From: Deltaproteobacteria bacterium
GTDB lineage: Bacteria; Desulfobacterota; GWC2-55-46
Reading direction: 5' to 3'
NCBI GenBank assembly: GCA_016234935.1
Contig: JACRNL010000011.1
Coordinates: 129,472-193,471 of the forward strand
DNA length: 64,000 bases
The notes under the pieces were generated by a model. The model was given only the letters and a program-made list of their open reading frames with translations, was not told the origin of the DNA and searched no databases. Shown piece by piece: positions 47,454 through 55,343 of the stretch. How positions within the stretch are numbered: position 1 is the first letter of the stretch; every line of letters starts with the position of its first letter. The position numbers were made by a program, and so were the translations under genes.

Positions 47454-48754
47454 TTCGCTCCCATTGCCTTTTCAACGCCGGCCTCGGCTATCTTATAGTC
47501 GTAAAGCGCCTGGTTGCAGGCGTTTTTCGCGTTGACAGCCAATATCTCGGCGTCTGTTATCTCCAGAGGGCTGCCGATGCCGTTTGCGTACCTCTGGTTT
47601 GCAAGCTCAAGGTTTTCATCGGCCTGCCTGACGACAAGCTCTGCCGCCGGTATCCGCTCCGCGGCCTCGGTCAGGTTCAGGTATGCCTGCTGGACGTCAA
47701 GGAATATGGATTGTTTGATGGAATCCTCGTTAGCCCTGGCGGCATTAAGGCTCGCCCTGGACTCCTCTACCTGGTACTTCGTGAGAAAACCGCTGAAAAT
47801 AGGTATCGTCACGGTTGCCCCGACGTTCCAGCTCTTGTCAAGCGGGAAGGCCCGGCCGTTCCAGTTATAGGCCGCGTCTCCGGATAATTGAGGATAGTAT
47901 CCTTTTTTGGCGAGGTCAATGCCCCTTTCGGCGGAGCGCATCTTCGCGGAAACGGACTTCAGGTCAGGCCTGTTTTTGTATGCCCTCTCAAGCGCATCCG
48001 CGAAGGCGATATCATACTTCACGAATGAAAGGTTGTCTTCAATGGCGTATTCAGGGGCATGGATCAGCCCCATAGCGCCGCTTAGCTGCGCGAAGGCTAT
48101 CTTGAGCGCGTTTGCCGCCTTTATCCTGCCGAGCTCCGCGTTGCTCTTGTCCACAGCCGCCTTTGTCACGTCTATCCTTGACCTGGTGCCTGCCTCGTAA
48201 AAACCCTTTGCCTGTACCAGGTGGTCTTCAAGCTGCTTAACCGTGGATACGGCAAGGTCAAGGCTCCGCTTTGCCTGCAGAGTCTTGTAGTAGGCCTGTT
48301 TTACGTTAAAGACCGTCTGCGATTCGGTGTTTTCGAGGTCCTTTTTGGATGATTCGAGATTAAGCCGCTGGATGTCCACTTGCGCGGAGGTCTTTCCGAA
48401 GTCGAAGATGTTCTGCTTAAGGCTGGCGCTCGCGCTGTATGCGTCAATGGAACCGGGGGAATCGGGGGAGGCGCCACTGGCGCTGCCTGTGGTGATTGGA
48501 GCTGATTTTCTGGCGTAGCCGGAGGAAAGGCTTACTTGAGGAAAGTAGTTGGACTTGGCCTCGTCCACCTTGCTGCCGGACACCCCCACTGCGGCGCGCG
48601 AGGCGCCCAGGCCGGGGTTTTGCTTCAAGGCTATTTCAAGGCATCTTTGCAGACTCAGCGTCTTGTCTTTTTTTATGAAATCCGCGCAAAAGGCGGCTCC
48701 GGCGCCGAGGCAGATGAACGTTATGACAGCGGTTGCAATGAGGCCGCGCTTCAA
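47450..48754 (-). CDS. TolC-family outer membrane efflux protein
   Basis: Signal peptide, two internally repeated alpha-helical/beta halves. 434 aa. Overlaps the adaptor gene start. Confidence 0.8.
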   Translation of the reverse strand: MKRGLIATAVITFICLGAGAAFCADFIKKDKTLSLQRCLEIALKQNPGLGASRAAVGVSGSKVDEAKSNYFPQVSLSSGYARKSAPITTGSASGASPDSPGSIDAYSASASLKQNIFDFGKTSAQVDIQRLNLESSKKDLENTESQTVFNVKQAYYKTLQAKRSLDLAVSTVKQLEDHLVQAKGFYEAGTRSRIDVTKAAVDKSNAELGRIKAANALKIAFAQLSGAMGLIHAPEYAIEDNLSFVKYDIAFADALERAYKNRPDLKSVSAKMRSAERGIDLAKKGYYPQLSGDAAYNWNGRAFPLDKSWNVGATVTIPIFSGFLTKYQVEESRASLNAARANEDSIKQSIFLDVQQAYLNLTEAAERIPAAELVVRQADENLELANQRYANGIGSPLEITDAEILAVNAKNACNQALYDYKIAEAGVEKAMGAK

Positions 48755-48986
48755 TTAAATCCCTCCCGCAGGCGTCCCGTAAAAGTAAGTGTTTACTTAC
48801 TTATTATAGCCGGATTTGCCTTTCTGTCAATACAATTATGCCGCTTGCCCGCCGGTTACCGCCCTCAAGCCCGAATGTTTCTATCGGGGATGAAAGGAGA
48901 AAGCTGCCGTGCAGGCCGGAAAAGCAGCTGTTTTATCAGCATGTTGCATAATACCAACATATTTTTTTCAAAGACCGCTAAAGTTC

Positions 48987-49015
48987 TTGACATTTTATGC
49001 CGATATGTATATCAT
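48987..49015 (+). promoter_or_regulatory. Sigma70-type promoter for the pilin gene (TTGACA - 17 nt - TATCAT)
   Basis: Seen directly in the AT-rich spacer. SD caggagg sits 8 nt before ATG 49121. Confidence 0.55.
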
Positions 49016-49120
49016 ATGCTATAAGGCTTTGTTATTAACTGCATTGCTGGTTTGTCAAGAAAAGGGATGTGCGCATAAGGCGGATAAAAACTTAGACACA
49101 CAAACAGGAGGAATAAGAAT

Positions 49121-49594
49121 ATGAAGAGAAGGATTTTAGCGGCGGTTATCGGGTTGGGTCTGCTTTCCATTGCCGGTTCGGCAATGGCGCAGGGTCTTGC
49201 GACTATTGCAGTCTCGGCGCAAATCCCGGCCAAGTGCGCGGTTGATTCGGTTGTAGGGCAGACGGCGGACTTCGGAGACGTTATTACGACCCCCGCCACG
49301 CCTAAGACAGTAACAACGCTCTTCAGGTGCACAAAAGGCACGGCTATCACGATAACTGATGATGGCGGATTGCATGGGGGCACGCCCGGCATCTCCGGTA
49401 ATGTGAATGCCGGCGGCGTTGACAATATTAACTATACGTATGCTTATACCGTACCCAACGGAGGCGTGGGCGCGGGCTGGGGCGGTGCCCAGCAGTTATC
49501 CATGGCTATAGTACTGACCCTTAATCAAACCCAAGCGGATGCCGCAACTGTAGGCAATTATACGGACACCCTTGGGTTCACCATAACGCCCTGA
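49121..49594 (+). CDS. Csu-type (sigma clade) chaperone-usher major pilin, spore coat U domain
   Basis: Signal peptide, paired Cys, C-terminal ...NYTDTLGFTITP strand characteristic of SCPU/CsuA/B pilins. Confidence 0.75.
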   Translation: MKRRILAAVIGLGLLSIAGSAMAQGLATIAVSAQIPAKCAVDSVVGQTADFGDVITTPATPKTVTTLFRCTKGTAITITDDGGLHGGTPGISGNVNAGGVDNINYTYAYTVPNGGVGAGWGGAQQLSMAIVLTLNQTQADAATVGNYTDTLGFTITP

Positions 49595-49647
49595 CGGTCT
49601 ATTTGTATTGAGCGTATTGAGAGAGCAGAGGAAAACATGACAGTGAA

Positions 49648-49680
49648 AAGGGCGGCCTCCATTAGCCGCCCTTTTTTTTC
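49648..49680 (+). terminator. Rho-independent terminator after the major pilin gene
   Basis: aagggcggc-ctccatta-gccgccc + T8, seen directly. Confidence 0.7.
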
Positions 49681-49821
49681 AGAACAGGGGCAGGTCGATG
49701 ACGACTTCCTTATCTCCTCCCCCCTTGCGGGGCAGGGTGGGGGAGGCAGGATGGTGGATTTAGGGGTATACTTATAGGTAAGAGTAAGAGGACGCATGAA
49801 TCGGCCTTATGAGATAAAAAC

Positions 49822-50925
49822 ATGGAATTCAAAGAAAAGGAAATAGACGCCTCCGCATTGAAGCTTGCAAAGAGGCCTTTAGGCCGGATACTTCTGGACG
49901 GCGGCTTCATAAGCAGGGCGGATCTTGACAGGGCGGCCGAGGAGCAAAAAAGGGTAAAGCAGCCCATCGGCGAGATACTCGTGCGCATGGGCGCGCTCGA
50001 TGCCGACGCCCTTCGTGTGGTTCTGGCTGTTCAGCACAGGTTTTCCTCGCTTGAAGACGCCCTGAGCGCCGCCGCCGGCCAGCGCATGATGCTCGGTGAA
50101 CTCCTCCTTCAGGCCGGACGCCTCAGCCCCGAAAAGCTGTCCTCGGCCCTTGACGAACAAAGCCGGACCAATGAGAAGATAGGCGGGATACTCGTCCGCC
50201 GCCGCGTTATAACCGAAAGGGAGCTTGACGCGCTTCTTCAGTTTCAGAAAAATCTTGACGATAGTGAATCCGGGAGCGCGGATCTGCGGCTCGGCGAGAT
50301 ACTCGTCGCGGCAAAGAAGCTTTCCTACCGGCAGCTCCATGATACGCTTGCCAGACAGCAGGTCACGAAAAAGAAGCTCGGCGAGGCATTAATCGAGGCA
50401 GGCCATTGCGAGCGCCATCATGTTGAATGGGGCCTTGGCGTCCATAAAAAACTTATTGCCGCGGCTGTCATAACCGTCCTGTCGCTCGCGCACGTTCCGG
50501 CCGCCGGCGTCGCGCATGGGGCGGCAAATCCGGCGGCGGCGTCGCTCAGCGTGCAGATATCGGCGAGGGTATCGCCTCGCGTGGCCGTCAGAACCATCTA
50601 TCAGGCCCCGGAATTCGTCATCACAAACGCCGACGTAGACCGCGGTTATGTCGACGTCGCGGCGGCGTCGCTTTTTCAGGTCAGGAACAATTCACCCGCG
50701 GGTTATATCCTCGCCTTTGAGGCCGGGACGGCAAAATTCAAAGAAGTGCGCATTACGGGGCTTGCCTCCGAGGTCGTCATTACATCAGGGAGTGCCGTCT
50801 CCATGCAGCCATACGCCGGCCCCTATCCGGTGACGATGCAGCTAAGCTACAGGTTTGTCCTCGACAAGGACGCATATCCCGGCACTTATGCGTGGCCGGT
50901 AATGATGTCGGTCTCGTCATTATAA
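49822..50925 (+). CDS. Triple MshEN (T2SS-E N-terminal, c-di-GMP-binding type) domain protein fused via a TM segment to a C-terminal pilin-like beta domain
   Basis: Six 24-residue motifs match the MshEN consensus RLGxx(L/V/I)(L/V/I)xxG(I/F)(L/V/I)xxxx(L/V/I)xxxLxxQ: PLGRILLDGGFISRADLDRAAEEQ, PIGEILVRMGALDADALRVVLAVQ, MLGELLLQAGRLSPEKLSSALDEQ, KIGGILVRRRVITERELDALLQFQ, RLGEILVAAKKLSYRQLHDTLARQ, KLGEALIEAGHCE.... Hydrophobic segment LIAAAVITVLSLAHVPAAGVA follows. About 130 aa of beta-rich tail with weak SCPU-like character. Confidence 0.7.
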   Translation: MEFKEKEIDASALKLAKRPLGRILLDGGFISRADLDRAAEEQKRVKQPIGEILVRMGALDADALRVVLAVQHRFSSLEDALSAAAGQRMMLGELLLQAGRLSPEKLSSALDEQSRTNEKIGGILVRRRVITERELDALLQFQKNLDDSESGSADLRLGEILVAAKKLSYRQLHDTLARQQVTKKKLGEALIEAGHCERHHVEWGLGVHKKLIAAAVITVLSLAHVPAAGVAHGAANPAAASLSVQISARVSPRVAVRTIYQAPEFVITNADVDRGYVDVAAASLFQVRNNSPAGYILAFEAGTAKFKEVRITGLASEVVITSGSAVSMQPYAGPYPVTMQLSYRFVLDKDAYPGTYAWPVMMSVSSL

Positions 50926-51209
50926 GAATCGGGGATACAGACATTCGGAGCCTGCCCCTGCGTGTATGCCCTCGCGTGCCCCTGCTCCCCGGTAGATACA
51001 TTCGAGGACATGTTAAAACGTGCGGGGGCAGGCTGAAGCGGGGGATGGCTTTTCCATATTGTCATTCCCGATGTTTTTATCGGGAATCTAATTCCGTGAT
51101 TTGAGAAGATAAAATTAAAACCAGATCCCCGATAAAGACATTCGGGGATGACAGCAGGGCAGCGTTCGGGGATGACGGAAAAAAGAAGACATAATAAGGA
51201 GCAGGTCGA

Positions 51210-51995
51210 ATGATAACATTGCCGCCGCTTCGATCCCGGATTTTCAGATTCAAGCGCCTCCATGCCGTAATCCTTTTAAGCCTGTTTTTTTTGCGCCCTG
51301 CATCCGTCCTTGCAGGCTTCAGCGTGTCGCCTTTGACAATTGAATTCGACAAGAAGGTAAAAAGCGCTCTGATTTCGATAGAGGCCCAGGGGCCGGAAAA
51401 CGTCAATCTGCAGATGAGGGCCGTCCTGTGGACCCAGGACGCCGACGGCAAGGACGTCTACACGGACACATCCGACCTTATCTACCTCCCGAAATTAATG
51501 ACGGTCAAGGGCAATAAATCGAGGGCGCTGAGGGTTGGCACCACGCAGTCCACTATCGTGGATAAGGAAAAGTGTTACAGGCTGTTCATCGAAGAGATAC
51601 CCGCCCCCAGGAAGGATGCCGAGGGCCCGAACGTCAACATATCATTCAGGTTTGCTCTGCCGGTCTATATAAAACCGGTCAAGGAGATTTACGATTTAAA
51701 GATAGAAAAGGCGGAAATGTCGGGTAAGGGCGTGATTGTTCTTGTCAGGAATTCCGGCAACGCGCATCAGAGGGTATTTACCGTTGACATCAGGGGCAAG
51801 GATTCCGGCGGCAACGCTCTCATGTCCGCCCGGCTCAACGGATGGTATGTCCTTGGCGGCAGTTCAAGTAAATATTTTGCGGAGATACCGAAAGACAGGT
51901 GCAATGAATTGAAGACGATTGAAGTCGAAGTCAATACCGACAGAGGGCCGATTAAACAGGATATCGCGATAGACGCCGCCAAGTGCCAGCCTTAA
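51210..51995 (+). CDS. PapD-like periplasmic pilus chaperone
   Basis: Signal peptide, then FSVSPLTIEFDKKVKSALISIEAQGPENVNLQMRAV... (chaperone N-domain pattern). SD aggagcagg. Confidence 0.75.
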   Translation: MITLPPLRSRIFRFKRLHAVILLSLFFLRPASVLAGFSVSPLTIEFDKKVKSALISIEAQGPENVNLQMRAVLWTQDADGKDVYTDTSDLIYLPKLMTVKGNKSRALRVGTTQSTIVDKEKCYRLFIEEIPAPRKDAEGPNVNISFRFALPVYIKPVKEIYDLKIEKAEMSGKGVIVLVRNSGNAHQRVFTVDIRGKDSGGNALMSARLNGWYVLGGSSSKYFAEIPKDRCNELKTIEVEVNTDRGPIKQDIAIDAAKCQP

Positions 51996-52010
51996 ACTGC
52001 GGGGGGTTTT

Positions 52011-54398
52011 TTGACAGGCCGGCTAATGGACAAAATTGCCGCATTAAAATACGGCCTGCTGATACTGGCTTCTTTAGTTTTTTTTTGCGTTCCTGCTTTT
52101 TCAGAGGAATCGGTGGTCGTTGTCCTTAATGTAAGGCTCAACATGGTGGACAAGGGTGATTTTTACATGATGGCCGCCCCTGACGGGGACTATCTTGTGA
52201 AGACCGAAGAGCTTAAAAAGATGGGTTTCAAGGCCCCGCGGGGCGCGGCTTCCATTATAGAAGGCGCCGAACATATCTCCCTGAAGTCCATGCAGGGCGT
52301 CAGGTTCGTCTACAACGAGGACGCCGTCGCCCTCGAAATCACCGCCGAGCCGTCGCTTCTTGGCAAGGTTATCATTGATTACGCCGGGACCATCTACAAG
52401 GAAAATGTCGAATACACCGGCAGCGGCTTCAGCGCGTTTTTCAACTACAAGCTCAACTATAACGCAGGCATGGATTTTAAATACGAAAGCTCCGTCATGA
52501 CAAATGAAGCGGGGGTGCGCGGCGCCGGATTTCTGCTAAAGACGGATACCGTGTATACGGACACAAACAGCGGCGAAACATTCCGAAGACTCCAGAGCAA
52601 CGTCACCTACGACAGAAGGAATGAACTGCAGCGCATAACGGGCGGCGACTTCTTCGCCTCTTCCGGCGACTTCGGCACCACCTTGAACATGGGCGGCCTC
52701 AGCATAGCCAAGATATACAGGATGGACCCCTATTTTATAAAGCAGCCGCTTTTTAACGTTACCGGCCAGATGGCGACTCCATCGGAGGTCGAGGTCTATC
52801 TTGACGGCGCGCTTATAAGGAAGGAAAAGCTGGCGCCGGGAGAGTTTGAGCTAAGGAATATATCGGCATACAGCGGGGCGGGCAATTATGAGATACTTAT
52901 CAGGGACTCATATGGAAGAGAGCAGAGGATGAGGTATCCGTTCTATTATGCCGATCAGCTCTTAAAGAGCGGTCTGCATGAATACAGCTATAACGCCGGC
53001 CTCATCAGGAAGGATTACGGGGTAAAGAGCGCGGAGTACGGCTCGCCGGCATTTTCCGCGCTGCACAGGTACGGTTTCAGCGACATCCTTACGGTCGGCG
53101 CCGGCGCCGAAGCCTCCGGCGGGACCTATGTGCTTACCCCCCAGATTTCTTACGGCATGGCTGATATAGGCGTATTGGACGTGGATCTGTCCGGCAGCGA
53201 GGACGAGACAATGGGAGAGGGCTGGGCCGGCCTGGCGAGTTACAGGTATGACGGAAGACCCATAAGCTCGAGGGTTATCTTCAGGCAATTCAACAAGGAG
53301 TATATGCGGCTGAGTTCAGCTCTTACCGGCGTGAGGACAAAGTTCGAGATAGGAGCCGGCATAAGCTACTCGCCGGGAAATCTCGGCGCCGCAAGCCTTG
53401 ATTATACCGCCACCAAGATCTACCATGGAGCGGAGAGGAGGACGACCTCCACGACCTATTCCATAAGCCCGTTCAGAGAGGCCATGCTCTCTTTTACATT
53501 AAGGAACAGGAGGACGAAGGCGCCTGAGGGCGATGAATCGGCCAATGAGTTGTTTGTCAATTTCAGCTATTATCCGTGGAAGGATATAAGCGCGTCCGTA
53601 AGCTGGCAAAGGTTAAAGGACGTTGACACGGAGACGGCCCAGATACAGAAGCCTGCGCCGACGGGAGAGGGCTACGGCTACAGGATGGCCGCCGCGAGGG
53701 TGGACGGCCCGGCGGAGCGCAGCACCACGGTTTCCCCGTACGTTCAGTATAACGGCCGCTACGCCAGGATTGTCGGTGAATTTAACGGGATCTACGGCGC
53801 CGCCGGCCAACGCTCGGAAAGGTCTGATCTGTCGGTTGCAGGAGGCATCGGATACGTCGGCGGCAGGCTGGGCCTCAGCCGCCCGATATTAGACAGCTTT
53901 GCCGTCGTGAAGGCGGACGGGCTGAAGGACGTGTCAGTAATGCGCAGCGGCCAGGAGATAGGCAAGACAGACTCTGCCGGCTACGCCTTCGTGCCTGAGC
54001 TTGTTTCATATGTTAATAATACGATAAATCTCGATATAACGGCCATCCCCATGGATTATGCCGTTCATGACGCCGGAAGGACCATAAATCCGGCTTTGAG
54101 GAGCGGCACGTATCTGGACTTTAATATAAGGAAGATACAGGCCGTCACCGGAAGATTAAGGATTAAATCAAAAGACGGCTCGATAAAAGACGCCGAGTTC
54201 TACGAGGTCAGCATGACGGTCAAGGGAGAGGAGCTGCTTTTACCTACCGGCAAGGCAGGAGAGTTTTATATTGAAAACATCCCTGCCGGGCAATACACGG
54301 CGGCTGCTCGCTACCCTGGCACGGCTTGCGCGTTTGAGATTGTAGTCCCGGAGAGCATGGAGACTATTGTGGATTTGGGAGAGGTATTCTGTGAATAG
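52011..54398 (+). CDS. Outer-membrane fimbrial usher
   Basis: 795 aa, signal peptide, beta-rich throughout. Positioned chaperone-usher-pilin. TTG start per the track; alternative ATG at 52026. Confidence 0.7.
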   Translation: MTGRLMDKIAALKYGLLILASLVFFCVPAFSEESVVVVLNVRLNMVDKGDFYMMAAPDGDYLVKTEELKKMGFKAPRGAASIIEGAEHISLKSMQGVRFVYNEDAVALEITAEPSLLGKVIIDYAGTIYKENVEYTGSGFSAFFNYKLNYNAGMDFKYESSVMTNEAGVRGAGFLLKTDTVYTDTNSGETFRRLQSNVTYDRRNELQRITGGDFFASSGDFGTTLNMGGLSIAKIYRMDPYFIKQPLFNVTGQMATPSEVEVYLDGALIRKEKLAPGEFELRNISAYSGAGNYEILIRDSYGREQRMRYPFYYADQLLKSGLHEYSYNAGLIRKDYGVKSAEYGSPAFSALHRYGFSDILTVGAGAEASGGTYVLTPQISYGMADIGVLDVDLSGSEDETMGEGWAGLASYRYDGRPISSRVIFRQFNKEYMRLSSALTGVRTKFEIGAGISYSPGNLGAASLDYTATKIYHGAERRTTSTTYSISPFREAMLSFTLRNRRTKAPEGDESANELFVNFSYYPWKDISASVSWQRLKDVDTETAQIQKPAPTGEGYGYRMAAARVDGPAERSTTVSPYVQYNGRYARIVGEFNGIYGAAGQRSERSDLSVAGGIGYVGGRLGLSRPILDSFAVVKADGLKDVSVMRSGQEIGKTDSAGYAFVPELVSYVNNTINLDITAIPMDYAVHDAGRTINPALRSGTYLDFNIRKIQAVTGRLRIKSKDGSIKDAEFYEVSMTVKGEELLLPTGKAGEFYIENIPAGQYTAAARYPGTACAFEIVVPESMETIVDLGEVFCE

Positions 54399-54411
54399 CG
54401 CATTTAAAATT

Positions 54412-54882
54412 ATGTTCATAAATTGGATGCAGTTTTTATTGTTTGCCCTTGCGCCCTTTGCGGGTGATAGGGCGTATGCCGCCGCCCCAACCTGTACGTT
54501 GACCGCGACGCCAATAAACTTCCCCCTGTATGACTCTTCCGTTGCCGTCACCGCCACCGGTACCGTCACGGTGTCATGCTCAAGCGGCAACCCCGCGTAT
54601 ACGGTATCCCTCGGGCCAAGTTCTGGGAGCAACTCCGTAAACCCAAGGGCGTTAAAGCACCAGACAGTCCCGGATACGCTGACTTATACCATCAGGACTC
54701 CGGCGACGACACAGGGCACCCCTGCCGGAGCGCTCTGGGGCGACGGCACACTCGGCACAATCGTCGTGACTGAAAGGTTCAGGTTGTCGGCTGTGCTTAC
54801 CATGACCGGCGATATCCCGGCCGGACAGGATATGACGTACGGTCTTTACGCTGACAGCATCACGGCTACCGTGACGCCTTAA
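54412..54882 (+). CDS. Spore coat U domain pilin / tip subunit (CsuE-position)
   Basis: Signal peptide, Cys pair (PTCTL...VSCSSG), C-terminal YADSITATVTP. Start at ATG 54412 after the usher stop. Confidence 0.7.
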   Translation: MFINWMQFLLFALAPFAGDRAYAAAPTCTLTATPINFPLYDSSVAVTATGTVTVSCSSGNPAYTVSLGPSSGSNSVNPRALKHQTVPDTLTYTIRTPATTQGTPAGALWGDGTLGTIVVTERFRLSAVLTMTGDIPAGQDMTYGLYADSITATVTP

Positions 54883-54975
54883 CGCATTGTTTTTAAAATT
54901 GAAATCACGTTGTGTCAATAGCGCCTCCCGTCCCGCTGCGCACGCCCTCTTCTTTTTTTCTGTCAATCCGGTAAG

Positions 54976-55005
54976 TTGTCTTATTCCCTGAAATAATGGT
55001 AAAAT
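54976..55005 (+). promoter_or_regulatory. Sigma70-type promoter (TTGTCT - 17 nt - TAAAAT) for the small ORF
   Basis: Seen directly. Confidence 0.45.
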
Positions 55006-55041
55006 ATATGTATAAGATGTTATATCAAGGAGGTGAGATGT

Positions 55042-55152
55042 ATGTATCTCGATTGGCATGATAAAGACATCAGGCACATGGTGGAGGCGTACTATATTAC
55101 GGCTCTGGCGCTTACTCTCTTGATGCTTATCGGCGGATGGTATCTGTTATAA
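55042..55152 (+). CDS. 36-aa single-TM hydrophobic peptide MYLDWHDKDIRHMVEAYYITALALTLLMLIGGWYLL. Below the ORF-track size cutoff.
   Basis: Consensus SD aaggagg 7 nt upstream of ATG 55042. Own promoter and a downstream hairpin + T6 at 55183-55210. Confidence 0.5.
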   Translation: MYLDWHDKDIRHMVEAYYITALALTLLMLIGGWYLL

Positions 55153-55182
55153 AGCGCTTGATTCCATGTGATCTGTGCTTGG

Positions 55183-55210
55183 AAAAAGGGGGAGATTCCC
55201 CTTTTTTCTT
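55183..55210 (+). terminator. Putative intrinsic terminator after the small ORF (aaaaa gggg-gagatt-cccc tttttt)
   Basis: Seen directly. Short 4-5 bp GC stem. Confidence 0.4.
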
Positions 55211-55343
55211 ATCTTTTTCAAAGCCCGTCCTCCATTCCAGCGTAACATCCCGATTTTACGGACAAATATCCCATAGCCGCGGTTTAGCCCGTCTTGACGA
55301 ACCCGAAAATCAAGCTATCCTTTTTTAAAAGGAAGCGCGGGCA

